DNA of 64,000 bases from Octopus bimaculoides (Eukaryota): the NCBI RefSeq assembly GCF_001194135.2, contig NC_068990.1, positions 53,155,713-53,219,712 on the forward strand, written 5' to 3'. The notes under the pieces were generated by a model. The model was given only the letters and a program-made list of their open reading frames with translations, was not told the DNA's origin and did not search any database. Made by a program: the position numbers and the translations under genes. Below are positions 26,833 through 39,947 of this stretch, piece by piece. Each line of letters begins with the position of its first letter. The stretch's first letter is position 1.

Positions 26833-28240
26833 ATGACTGATAAAGAAGCCATCATAATGTTCAACAAAGGAATGTGCTTCTTGTCAGGGAAAATTGAGAT
26901 CAAGGAATGAATTGAGAATATCAGTTTGGAATGGTCTAAACTTAATGACGTCTCAAACCATTGCATCGGATTCAAGTCTCAGCGGGTGGAAAATGCTCCC
27001 AAGAGCTAAGTACAAAAATGCCTTGGATGCGTATGGGAACAAAAGACCCACATCACTTGAGGAAAGAAGTTTGGAACTGTTGAGGTGAGATTTGGAATGG
27101 AAGAAGAAGCTAGATGTAACCACTTTAAGGAACTACAACATTTTTTTCTTAATATTCAGCTATCATAGCCAACATCTTGCCAAGATTAGGGTGCTGAATG
27201 TACCACTAGAAATATCCATTACCTGGTTAGTGGTGGCTGTCTTGGCAGGTTTAGAAGAAGATGAAGTCACAATACTGGAGGTCAAGAAACTACCTAAGCA
27301 AAACTGGTTTGGTATAAGTATGGAACTGACCTTGCAATGCAAGCAGGACCATATCAACCATCTGCCCTATCTAATCAATCTCCTGGATGGTACTCACCTC
27401 AGTGTTCATGGAGGGTAGAAAGCCAAGATACCACAAATGTGGATCTGTAAAACACTTAATGGTTTCCTGCCCTGAAACAATTGCTGCCAACATTACAAAT
27501 ACCATGAGTGCAAAACCATAAACAAGTGCTCAAGACTCCTGCACCTTCTCCTACACTCACTCCCAAACCAAGACAAAGAAGGAGTCTACCTCTGATTGCC
27601 ACAGAAAAGCAAGTTTTTTCTGAATACTCTACCTACCAAACCAGCATCAACTGCAATGACATGGAAAGGGAAGAGCTGAATAATCAATGGATCACAATGA
27701 CAAAAGGGGGTAGGTGAAAGAAGAAGAGAGTACAAAGCCCTACTCCAAGAAATCAACAACAACTTATTCTGAAACCACAATTGCAACACAATCCACAACC
27801 ACTCCCCCCCCCCCCCAAAAAGCAGCAAGAACAAGAACGACTTCAAAAACAACAACCTCATCATCAACAGCATAAAATTAAAGAAACCGAGAAACAACCA
27901 ATTACAGAACTTCAAAAATATTCATCAGACTGTATATGAACAGTATCCATCAATTTCACTGTTGTGAACAAAGTGTAACAGGGAATTGATGGATTTTGTA
28001 AATCAAAATGAAAATAATATAGAAACAGAGGGAAAGGAATTTGAGGATTTCATCCTCAAAACACCCAAGGATAGACTTTTAATTAAAACGTCATCAGACG
28101 TTTATAAAATTACGATTGAAAAATTCCCTGGAAGTGTGGGGACTTTAACAAAATCTATTGATAAAAGGCAGTTGGAAGGGCTTTTTAAAAAATTTTCATC
28201 AGTAGAGAAGTCTGGAACTTCTGGGCTTCTTGAAAGCCAA
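26833..28240 (+). pseudogene. LINE ORF1 (gag-like) remnant
   Basis: KIRVLNVPLEIS (RRM-like strand) and EGRKPR-YHKCGSVKHLMVSC (27429-27470), i.e. C-X2-C-X4-H-X4-C with the first Cys read as Tyr (TAC); multiple stops and frameshifts. Confidence 0.6.
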
Positions 28241-28276
28241 GGTGAGCAACCTCCTCATTTTCTTTCTCCAACTAGT

Positions 28277-31200
28277 ATGGCTGTGCTGAAAATGGGGTGT
28301 GTGAATGTTTGTGACTTGGGATCAGCTTAGAAACAGGGTCACTTGCTCAATGATCTCAGATCACTTGATTTGGACGTGGTTGCCATTAATGAAACAAGGA
28401 TCTCCAGAAAACACGGTCTAACATCCATTTTTGAGAACTATGGAGTATTCTCATCTTGTGGTCTATTGGGAGCAAGTGGTGGTGTAGCAGTTCTACTCCA
28501 GAAATCTTTAGATCTCCAAGTATGGGCTGTCTTTCTGGACCTGGATGGTAAGGTGGTGGTCCTGGACATGAACAGCAGCAAAGGTGGTGCCTGTAGACTA
28601 GTGACAGTTTATGCCCCAACAGGGGCTGGAAGGTCAGATTTCTTCAGGTGTCTAGAAATATTCTTGGGAACGTCTTGCACTTTAGTATTAGTTGGGGGAC
28701 TGGAATAGTATTTTGGATGCACAGAAGAACTCTGTGGGTTTAGTACATTATAGAAGGGGGTTGTAAAAGCCTCAAACACCAGTTCAGGACTTTCGTGCTT
28801 TCTGACAGGTACCAACTGAATTTCCCTGATGTGCCAGTGTGGACATCGAGCAACCACAGCAGGTCATCCAGATCGTATATAGATAGAGTATTTGTTAGGT
28901 CAGAGATAGGGATAACATAGCTTGTCCACGATTTAAATTAGTCGGCTACACAAATCACAAATTTGTGATATACTCAGTCAATTTAGATACGACCAGTAGT
29001 CAGGTACCAGGTTACTGGAAGTTGAATGTGTCCTTATCAGCTTACAAAGACTACAGGGACAGGATTAGTGAACTAGTTAAGTGGCAGTTGACAGCAGCTA
29101 TCATAAACAAGTAAACAGCTTGTGCTGAATTGCCCTGAAGAGAGTGATTAGAGTAGAATCGATAGCATTTAACAAAGATTTAGCAATGGAAAGAAATAGA
29201 TTAGAGGGAGAACTAGTTAGTAAACTAGAAGAGGCTATTAGTAAAAGTATTGCGACTGATCTGTTAGCGTTGAGAATGACCCTTGATCATTTCTTTGAGG
29301 TGAAACATGAAGGGTGCATTGTCAGAGCTAAGGCTCATGCACTAGAACACAAAGGAACTAAAGCCATCTGATGGGCCTGAACGATAGAGATGTGACATGG
29401 AAACCAAACCACGGTCAAGTCTTTGACAGACCAGGACGGACATGTGTACTTGGTTCTGAGTAGATGTGTGCGCTTTCCAGCAGCAGTTTGAGGAGAGGGA
29501 TAAGTTGATGATGATAGTGAACTTTACTTCACACCTAGATGGCCTACCACAGCTCTTGGTGATGGACACAAGATTCTACGAAAAGCTGATTACAACCTCT
29601 GAAATACAGAAGGCAATGAGCGATTGCACAAGTTGCAAATTGCCCAGTTTGGATGATCTGCCCAACCAATTATATGTTTTCATGCCAGATTTGTTTGGCA
29701 GCCTCTTGGCAGATGTCTACAGTAACTGGCAGCAGAATGGGAGAATTCCTAAAGCCATTAGCTGGGGTGTAGTAACACTGCTGAGAAAGGACACTGACAA
29801 TGGGGATGTGCTAGGGAAGTTTCAGCCCATAACTCTACTAAACATAGAGTTTAAGATTTTGGTCAAGGTATTAGTGAAAAGGTTGGTGCTTGTTGTTGGT
29901 AGTCTGGTTGGAGAGGCACAGATGTGCACAATCCTGAGCAGGTCTATCCTTGACAACCTCCGCTTTATGTGATACATTGTAGAGAGGACTGGGACTAAAG
30001 CTGGCTTTGGTGGGGCCTTGATAAATTTAGATCAGTCGAAAGCTTTTGATTGGGTAGACCATTGCTACTTGGAAGCCATCCTTTAAGTGGTCGGTTTCAG
30101 ACCCATATTTAGAGGCTGGATTGCTGCAATGCACAGAGGCACCTGCTCAGTAGTCAAAGTAAATGACCACCCATCAGAACTGTTTAGTATCGCATGTTCA
30201 ATCCATCAGGGCTGCCTGCTGTCACCTCTTGAGCCATTAATGCAGAAGTTGGAACAGTTAAGAGGCCTCCCTTTCAAAATTGGACTGGGGAGGGCAGTGT
30301 CTGCATACGTGGACGACATCACTGTCATGGTGTCAGACACCTCTGAAGTGGAGACGGTCAGCTCCATTGTAAAGGAATATGAGTTGGTTGCAGGGGCTAA
30401 AATCAATGCCGACAAGTTGGTGGGATTGTGACTGGGCACCTGGAGAGGCAGATCGATGCTGTCAGACACTGGACTGACGAACCAGTTAAACTGCTCGGGG
30501 TCTGGTTTGGTCCTGACCTCCAGGTGGATAAGAATTGGGGAGAGGTGACGAACAGGGTGACCCCTCTTACTCAGAATAGGCTGAGAGGAAGTTGTCCCTG
30601 AAAAGTTGGGCAGAGGTGGCGAATGCCTACATCACCTCTGTCATTATTTATCATCTGACTGTTGTGCCTTGCCCCAGTTACTGATTGATTAGATTGGAGC
30701 ATATCTAGTTTATTTTCTTGTGGAAGAGTTGCGTTCTAATGATCAGATGGTCGGTCTGCGGCCAACTTCCTTTGTGTGGCAGCTTAGGCATGCCATGGAT
30801 TTTAATTCACAGGCACACACTGAGGCTGCACCACCTGCAACGATTTCTAGAAGGTGAATGTGTGGTGGCTCTATCTGTGAGACAAATCTTTCTGCAACTT
30901 GTCTCCTTGATAAAGCTGCAGTCCTGGGTAAAGGATAGGCTGAGACTGGGTGCTTGGCACTTAGAATGTCATTAGGCGCTCACTGTCCTCTACAAGTCGG
31001 GCAATAGGATCGGTGGATGTTCCACTTTAAAGATCTACAGAGGATTAGTAGTGGGGAAGTGCAATGACATCCTCAGGGTGACCCTAGGCATTGATGAAGA
31101 CAAACTGGCAAGTCAATTCTGGATGACCTTCCAGTTGGGGACTGTTATGGATAATTTCCAGATGTCTTTGGTGTGGCAGTGCTACCAGTTTGAGATAAAC

Positions 31201-31619
31201 TCTACAGGCACAGATGTGCTCAGATGGGCTTGTCTGAGGTGCTCACTGATTGACGAAATCATTCTGCATGCACTCGTTCAGTGTCCGGGTTTTGCTGACT
31301 TGTGGAGTTATGTCAAACAGTTGCTGTTGCCTGTAGGACAGATCCGTCTGTTGTCCAAGTCCATAATGATGATTGCCTGCCGTCCTCCTTTAATTGGGCT
31401 GGCGAGGCAGTTTTCCTTTGTTTTGTGGCTGTGGCGAAAGAGGTTATCAGGTGGATGAGGCTGAAAGGAATGAGAACAGAAACTTTCTTCTTTAGTAAAG
31501 TCCTCATTGACTTTTTGAATTTTCACTTGAAAAGGAAAGTGAGGGTGGAGAGGGAGGTGCTGTCCTTGAGTGAATTTATGAAAAGGTGGGTGAAAGCTGC
31601 GAAAATGATGAGTGGGTAG
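28277..31619 (+). pseudogene. LINE ORF2 remnant (APE endonuclease + reverse transcriptase)
   Basis: MAVLKMGCVNV..DVVAINETR..GGVAVLL..LVTVYAP..LVGG(D) for the APE; FQPITLLNIEFKILVKVL, LDQSKAFDWVDH, IHQGCLLSPL, AYVDDITV, GAKINADK for the RT; many stops. Confidence 0.9.
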
Positions 31620-31914
31620 TACCACTCTCGGTGTAGACCTGTGAGTTGGAAGAAAGAAGTTGGAGTGGGCTCTCGTCCTTGGTACTCAGGATTATCCCTA
31701 GGAATCCTCCTGAATTGGGGATCCCATCACGATAACGTTTTTAAAAATTTTTCTAGTGTCATATAGTATGTATACTTCGCTTCTTGTAATGTATACTGTG
31801 TATACTTTTTATTTTATCATTACATTATATGTAAACCCCACACTTTATGTCTGTCTTTGGATTGTCCCTCTCATGCTTCACCCTGGTGGCAGATAAAAGA
31901 AATCATCATCATCA

Positions 31915-31972
<58 letters not shown>

Positions 31973-32611
31973 GATTATGATTATTATTATTATTTTAACA
32001 TTTTACCTTTCTATTCCATATTTGCATAAGGTTACACTGATTATCTTGGTGCAGATCAATTCTTAATTGGAGTTTCTACCCTCCTGAATAGATTGTGAGG
32101 AAATGAGTACTTGTAATATATTATTTTCTAATCTATCATTTATTTATTATCTAGCTCTGGCTCACCAATTCATTATTTTCTTCACTTTGTTGTATTTACA
32201 AGGTGCAATCTACTTTAGTGAAAGTATGTGACCTAGTGGTTAGGGTGTTTCACTTGCCACCACAAGATCATGGTTTCAATTCCCAAACAACACAATGAAT
32301 TGTGTTCTTGAGCAAAACACTCCATTTCATGTTGCTCCAGTTCATCCAGCTGTAAACGAGTAACTCTGGGATGGACTATATCCTGTTCAAGAGGAATTTC
32401 TCAGGGATTTCGTTTGCTTATGTGCCATGGAAACCAGGTAATCAGCTCTTTCAGTCCTGGGACCCAAAACAAAAATGTCCAGTAGTTCATGATGATGAAT
32501 CTGTTGTACCTGTTTCTTACTTTTTGCACTGTTGAGTTGTTCAGCTGAGTTCTGAGTGAAACTTTTTACTCAGTTATTCATTCTAACAACCCCTCATCAT
32601 GGAACCATAAG

Positions 32612-33048
32612 TTGATATCATTGATCCCAGTGCTTGATTGGTACTTATTTCATCAATCCTGAAAAGATGAAAGGCAAGGCTGACCCTGGCAGCATACGGT
32701 CTCAGAATGTAAAGCCAGAAGAAATGCTGCTAAGCATTTTGTCTGGCACAGTAATGATTCTGTCAGCTTGCCGCCTGAATAATAATAGCAACAACAACAA
32801 CAACAACGATGATGATGATGACGACGACAACAATCCTTTCTATTATAAGCACAAAGCCTGAACTTTTGTGGGAGGGGGCTAGTTGATTACATCAACTCCA
32901 TTATTCAACTGTTACTTATTCCAGTGACCCTGAAAGGATGAAAGACAATGTTGACCTCTGCAGAATTTGGACTCTGAATGTAAAATTGGAAGAAATGCTG
33001 CTCAGAATTTTGTCTGGCACAGTAATGATTCTACCAGCTTGCCACCTT
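32612..33048 (-). mobile_element. Two tandem SINE family C copies separated by (AAT/AAC/GAT)n
   Basis: Repeated family C cores at about 32612-32778 and 32840-33048. Confidence 0.8.
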
Positions 33049-34149
33049 AATGATGATGATGATGATAATAATAATAAAAGAATTGTTATTAAATATTTGA
33101 GCCATAAACAACTTATATTACTTTGCATCTGTTTAATCTCCAATATACAGGAGGAATGTTTCATACACACATGCGTGTGCACACATACACACACACACAC
33201 ACTATGTGTGTAAATGAACGTATACTTATCTTATAGAATGTTTCTTTAATTTTTTTACACTTCAGAAGCAAACACTAACTTTTAAGAAAATGTTTATCTT
33301 TAGTAATTTAGTTTGCAGTATTTCATTTAAAATTTAGTATTTTTTGCTTTTTACACAAAATTAGTTAAAAGAGGGAACAAGTTTCTGTAGCATAAGCCCT
33401 TTCTATAGTAAGAAATGTCAGTATATTACTGGTACCATACACACACACACACCTTTTAAAACAAGTTCTAGAGAGGAAGACAGCTTGTTTGCCTCTGACC
33501 CTTTGCAATGGGTCAAACTCCTTAAAGGAATTTCTGTTTACAGACACTTAACAGCTCCAAACACTTCCTGAAAACATAATTCAAAAATTTTTTTTCTATC
33601 TTTTTGTACATACATATATAAATGTATGTGTGTGTAGTTTTGATAAAATAAACAAACAAAGGCTGTTTAAAAATAGAGAAAAATTCCAACTTTTTCAACA
33701 ATAGAATCAACTTATAAACTTGTTGGATGTTTCAAATATGGCCATTCTGAAAATAATTACACTGCTGCTATTATTCTTTTATTGGTTGGACTGACTATCG
33801 ATAATCTCTCTGTCCTATTCCCAAAATATAAATATCAACCACCTTTTTTAATCTAGTTGATGATGAGAGAAAGAGATAGGTGGTGGTAGTGAGATGATAC
33901 TTATGATTCAGAATAGACATTATTATTAACAGTGTTTTTATGTAATTTTTATTTTAATGCATCAGTGGAAGAGGTTTCCTTCTTTTCCACAATCCATCAT
34001 CATTCACATAAGAACTGATAACTATGTGGCACAAATACGTGACATCCATTTTCCTCCTATGGCACACAAGCATTCTGCTTACAGATATTAGGAAACACTT
34101 GTTAGTGGCTGTATCCACTCGACTATTACACAACAAAATAAAACCGTGT

Positions 34150-34530
34150 GTGTGGTCATTATTGTTGCACCTGCCTTTTCTATTTACACAGGTTGGATAG
34201 GTTTTCTTCAGTACAGTATCTTACCCTTTGTTACAGTCCTTTGTCAGTTCGTTTATATGGTCCTTGAGATCAATTTTCACCATTTCTTTCTATCTCTTCA
34301 GTCTATAGTCTCATTCCACTGGCCTCGTCTTTACCAAACTCTAACCTCCATATCTGTCACATATCTGTTCTACTACTGTCTTTTCTCTCATACACTACAT
34401 CAGTTTTACTTTTTTATCTTTCTCTCAGCTCATTTATGCTGTATCATACACACATGCCAACATTACACATCCAGTGGAGATGCATGCTTGCCTCATTTCC
34501 AACTTTCCCACTTCATCCACATTTAATACC
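34150..34530 (-). mobile_element. Old, highly diverged RTE LINE 3' fragment
   Basis: Minus strand EASMHLHWMCNV...SINELRER parallels the RTE C-terminus at 59900-59990 (ETRIIRWMCNVSVHTQQSVSTLRER). Confidence 0.5.
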
Positions 34531-35553
34531 TGTATTTCACAATCATGTGACATCACACTTCATACATTAACACCAAATACAATTTGACCATCAATTGGAG
34601 ACAGATACCTCTTAATTAACAGTGAAGGTAAAAGTTTCCTAAAATGTTACTGCCATTAATATTACTAAACTATTACTATTAATTAGCCTGTCCACTCCCC
34701 ACATTATGTTCGTACTGTTTATATTGGCTACATTGGATGAAATTCTTACTTACTCATCTACATATCGAACATGATTGTTCCCTGTGGCAGTATTTTCCTC
34801 CATGGGCCTGTTTCCTCATTAAGTTGTCACAGTTGAAATCATTGTTTTCTTTGATCACTGATAGACAAATACAACATGCGTATGATTATGTGATCATGTA
34901 TATGAATGTATGTATGTGTTTGCAGTTGCATGTATATATATGTATGTATATGGTGAAGCACTGGCAGAATTGTTAGCCAATCTGGTGAAATGCAGTGCAA
35001 TAGTTATCCCAACTGTTCTTAAAGTATACTTGGGGTGCATCATATGGAATCCCTACCTACTCTTTTTCTACATATCAAACATGGTTTCTTCCAGATCTTT
35101 GAGGTTTCTCAGTATCTGGTGTCTCTGTTTGGAGTTTCTTCTTTAAAGTCTTCCATAGATTCCTGTGACAGCTAATGTCATTGATATAGAAATGAACTCC
35201 ATCCCACACACAGCCAATTTTTAAACCTCTGTTATGGCTTGAGGAACTATAATAGATAACGTGTGTGGACAAAATGCCTCTGGTATTTGTTCCAGGTCCT
35301 CACATTTTAAGTTCAAATCCAGCTGAAGTTGATTGTATCAATCCCTTCTACATATTTGATACTATATTTTAACAACCCTCTTGGAATGAAAGTCTAAATA
35401 CACCTTGGTGCGATTTGAACTCTGAATGTAAAGAGTTGGAAAAAATAAATGTTAATGATTCTGTCAATCCACCAAAATATGGAATAAAAATAAAAAACCT
35501 ATTTTTCTTATTCTTTTAAACTCATGCCTGCGCACGCACACACACACACACAC

Positions 35554-35629
<76 letters not shown>

Positions 35630-35745
35630 TATGTTACATGAGATTTCAAATCCATATTGAAATCTTCATACTGATCTTTTCAGTCTAAGTTGATTGTAAC
35701 AGGCCACATCCTCTGATATTTTTTACTGTCTCCACAATTTAGGGT

Positions 35746-35781
<36 letters not shown>

Positions 35782-35946
35782 TACCTTTATTTCCCCCTGA
35801 CAGTATTTTCTCTTTCATATTTTCTTATTCTTTTTACTCCTATTCTCTCCTTGATTAAAGAGTGGAACCACAAAAATTAACTTTTAACTGCCTCATCTTA
35901 TTCCACTTTCTTTGTCTTTTCTTCTGTTTTTTTTTATTATTATTAA

Positions 35947-36011
<65 letters not shown>

Positions 36012-36387
36012 ATAATTTGTGTGTATATTTGATTTATTGTTCCCAGGTTTTGGTTTCTCAGCTTGATGCTGAAATGGTGCTAATGGCCCATTTCTTTATC
36101 ATTATTCTCTCTCTCTCTATTGCCTCATATATTTCTACTTCATGTAGGAAGCAATGTTTCTTATTTTGTTAGATTAATTAGAACCTTCAATAAGTTTCGT
36201 GGTTAATTAGAATTAAACGAGGTGTCGGTGAGAGTGGTAGAGGTGATGATTGTTTATATAGGAGCATGTATATGTAAATTGTTTGGCCTTCAATTTTAGT
36301 TGGAATTTATGTAATTTGAAATGTAATTAATGTCCTTGTCATAAAGACTAATATTCCATAAGGTAATATATGGTGGGGAGGAGGGCA

Positions 36388-36611
36388 GGAAGCCAGCAGA
36401 ATTGTTAGCTCATTGGGCGAAATACCTAGTGGTATTTCGTCTGTCGTTATGTTCTGAGATCAAATTCTGTTCTGGTCGACTTTGCCTTTCATCTTTTGGG
36501 TCAATTAAATAAGTACCAGTGATGCACTGGGGTTGATGTAATCGACTTAATCCCTTTGTCTGTCCTTGTTTGTCCCCTCTATGTTTAGCCCCCTGTGGGC
36601 AATAAAGAAAT
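36388..36611 (+). mobile_element. SINE family C variant with alternative 3' tail
   Basis: Family C head and core, then ctttgtctgtccttgtttgtcccctctatgtttagccccctgtgggcaataaagaaat in place of the usual caaaatttgaaa tail. Confidence 0.8.
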
Positions 36612-37781
36612 AAATATATGATGGGGGAATGCTCACAAGTAAAACAGTAATGAAGCCCATGCAGAGCTGGTAATTGTCCCATAACCCCAGGTTAACAGTA
36701 AAATGTAAGCCCCTTTTCAAACTATTCATTACTTATTTTAGTAATAAGTGTTAAATATGTATGATTTATATTAGGATTATGGGTTTGTACTTGTACTTGA
36801 TGCACCACACTTACACTAAAAAAGTGAGAGTGAGTTAGAAAGAAAAGTAATTCATTTTTAAAGTGCTCTTCCTTTGCTTGCAAAAAGTAGAGTGGCCTCT
36901 TTAAAATTGTAGTCTCATACCAACTGCCCCTGCCCCCAACTTGCTTGTCATTTTCTTCTTGTCTGAGGGCATATATATCTGTCTATATAAAAATAATTAA
37001 ATTTGTCTCTATGTTTTGCAATGGAAGTGACACAATTTGTAAATTTACAATCACATCATAACTGGATTTGATGTTCCTTCCTGCACTGCAGTGAAACTTT
37101 TTTTTACTCCTTGCACATACACACATTCAATTATTTCATCATTTTCAATATTTTGTTTCAGCATTTTGTGCGTGCATGTTATTTCAAAAATGTTTGACCT
37201 CATTTCCTATTGTCTGAAGTAGAATGTTGACTAGCAACATTATGAAATCTTTGGTTCTCATTACTCAGTTAATTTGCTTACTTAGGTAGTCTAGTGTCTA
37301 AGTCTAGAGATTGTTTTCATACACAAAAACTTCTAATCTAATGGTAGATTAAAAAGATTTTAAAGACAACCTTTTTAGAATGTGTGTGTTCTGTCTTGAA
37401 CCTTAGGACTCACCAGGCCTATTACCTGGTGTCCAGAGCATGATTAACTGAATGCACAATTTTCCCCTTGAAGAGAATGCTGGTCCGTTGCAGGGTTACT
37501 CCTTTACTGCTGAGTGGACTTGAGCAATATGAAATGAAGTGCTTTGTTCAAGAACTCAATGCCATGTGTGGCCCAGGAATTGAAACCACGATATTGTGAT
37601 CATGAGTACAGCACTCTAATATCTCCATCCTTTCAGAATATCTATTTTTATTTTATTACTTTACAAAGTTGTTTTTAAATTAAAATAATCTATTGTTTCT
37701 CATCTGTACCTACTAAGACTTTTCTAGAAACTTTTAAAATAACATCAGTATTATACGTGTGTGTGTGTGTGTGTGTGTGTG

Positions 37782-37830
<49 letters not shown>

Positions 37831-38481
37831 CAGGTTTCCATATAAATTTCATTTACCTGTTTTACTCAGAAAGTATTGGTTGACCCAAACCATCATAGAA
37901 GATATTTGCCCAAGGTGCCAAACAATGGATAGAACCCAAATGTACTTCTTGATCATTGACAGTTTTCTCCAGTTAAAAACTTGGATATCAACGAACAGGT
38001 TGTCTATATAGGATGGAATATTCTCATAATTAATGGCACAAAATAATAGCAAAATAATTGTGTGTGTGTGTGTGAATATGGTACATTTCAGGTGAGTGGA
38101 CATCACTGCACAGAGTGAGAGAGAGAGAGATTTAGTGGTGTCACACTGATGGGAAATAATAGTAGTGAGTCACTCAAATTTAACATTGAATATTCGATAT
38201 CTGGGAAGGAGATTATTATAATTTTGTTAAAGACAGCATTTGGTGGAAGAAGACAGTGTTTGTAGATGTTAGGGATTAAAATAAAATGATCAGTTACTTA
38301 TTTAGTGTTTAGAATTAAGTCCATATGTAATATAAATCATGGTAATTAATTTTATGGAAGAAATTAGCAGTGATATAACGATGTTTGTTCCTGGTAGATT
38401 TGTCAAAATAGACAAGGTTATTGTTGCTGTTGCTGCTGTCATTGTTTACAATTAAAATGCTCTTTTGGAATCCTTGCCTAA

Positions 38482-38695
38482 CACTTTAGCATTTAAACCA
38501 GCCTTATTCGGCCCAAAGATTCTTCCTGTTTTATGTTCAAACTGACTAGATCTGGCTTCTCATATTTACCCTTCAATGTCATTCTAAAAATAAGCAATTA
38601 CATCATCAAAATCTCATAGCTATGAGACAATCTATGATTAATACAAAACAAAGTGTACAAATAAGCATTACATGAGTAATCTGAATGCTAAAGGG
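38482..38695. mobile_element. piggyBac-type MITE
   Basis: Termini CACTTTAGCATT ... AATGCTAAAGGG flanked by degenerate TTAA (ctaa / tgaa). Confidence 0.6.
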
Positions 38696-39335
38696 TGAAA
38701 TATACAGTTGAAGGCAGTTTCTAAGTTACTTGTGGTACTGAACTCCATTAAAAATAATTATTAACATACCTTGAAAATGAAATGCACATATTCTAATGTC
38801 AACACACATGTACACTGGTACATTCATAATGACACGCATACTTTGAGATAAATGTAACCATATGTGCATAATATTTTTACCATTCCAGAAAGCTGTCCCT
38901 ATAACATCCAAAACCATTGTTTTGAAGTATTGATTTCTTCAATTTTTTAAAACTTATTTAATGGAAATTATCATTAGTTTCATTAACTTAGAATATTGTT
39001 TACACTTTTCGTTTTAATTAACCTGAGGAGTAGGGAGGGGCAGTGGTCATAACTTTTACCTGCTCCCTTCAAAGCTGAATTTTTTGTAAGAATATAACAC
39101 TCATTCTACAAATGATGCACTAGCATGGCCACAACTATTGTATGAAACAGGTGAAGATTAAACCTTAAGAAGATATAAAATGTTTGGCTTAATTTTAGAT
39201 GACTTTTGAAAAACAAAAATGCTTTTTGATGATATTTTGGCTTTCATTTAAAAATTATGATTTTTGTACTTTTACAAGTACTTTCATTTTGATGGTTTTT
39301 ACTTATGTTTTTCTCTTGTTTTTGTGTATTTGCAG

Positions 39336-39605
39336 AATCTAGCAGCTCGTCAAACTGGACCCCCCTCTATGGGGGAGCACGGTTAGACCAGGATACCATC
39401 CAGTACTTCCATAAATTCTACTGTAAAGATTGCCGTATGGAGAAACAAGCTGCTGAGCGTGCCAAAGCATCGTCAGTAGTGGGGGGAGAGAATGCACTTG
39501 GTGGGACATCACCAACAGCAGGATACACCAGTCAACAACCATCAAGTCCACAAAATTCTCTGGACGAACTCTCACTACAACAAGCCATGGATAAAAATAA
39601 AGAAT
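39336..39605 (+). CDS. MRTF: MRTF coding exon, N-terminal region upstream of RPEL1 (SSSSSNWTPLYGG...SPQNSLDELSLQQAMDKNKE)
   Basis: Polypyrimidine tract plus tgcag acceptor and GTAAGT donor at 39606; 270 nt, phase 1-1, stop-free, GC-richer than flanks. The final T joins CA at 63151 to give ...MDKNKE-S-LKRKL, resembling the invertebrate MRTF pre-RPEL1 segment as I recall it. Confidence 0.85.
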
Positions 39606-39947
39606 GTAAGTAATGCCGGAGTAAAAATGGTTTTATTTGAATGTGGAGAGTAAATGTTTATTGTTGTTTCCTTTTTAACTCTTTCAATTCCATAGCCTCT
39701 TCTGTTACAGGTACTGAAAGAAAGGGATTTATCTTCATCCATTAACATTGTCATTCAGTGGATGAGAGATAATCTCTCATCCACTGAACTCAAATTGATT
39801 TCTGCTGTCTTACATGAAATATATGTCGCCTTTGTTTAATGAAAATTAACCATTTCAAGGGTATATTTATATATAGCCATAGAAATATTGCAAAAAGTTA
39901 GAGCAGCCCTTGAGAGTGCTCAAATAGCTTGTCTATATATATATATA

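Larger units (their letters stand above)
26600..31995 (+). mobile_element. Near-full-length decayed L1/Tx1-clade LINE with (ATC)(ATT)n tail
   Basis: ORF1 remnant from about 26833 with a degenerate CCHC knuckle; ORF2 from ATG 28277 with APE endonuclease, RT and C-terminal remnants to about 31619; 3' UTR; microsatellite tail 31903-31995. The 5' boundary is approximate. Confidence 0.85.

Noticed and set aside
27986-28330. LINE ORF1 tail in frame with the ORF2 start (possible single polyprotein)
   Set aside because: The copy has many indels, so frame continuity in one decayed copy is not evidence of fusion.
38078-38097. ATG GTA CAT TTC AG followed by a GTGAGT donor as an alternative first exon
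   Set aside because: Phase 2, incompatible with the phase-1 acceptor at 39336.
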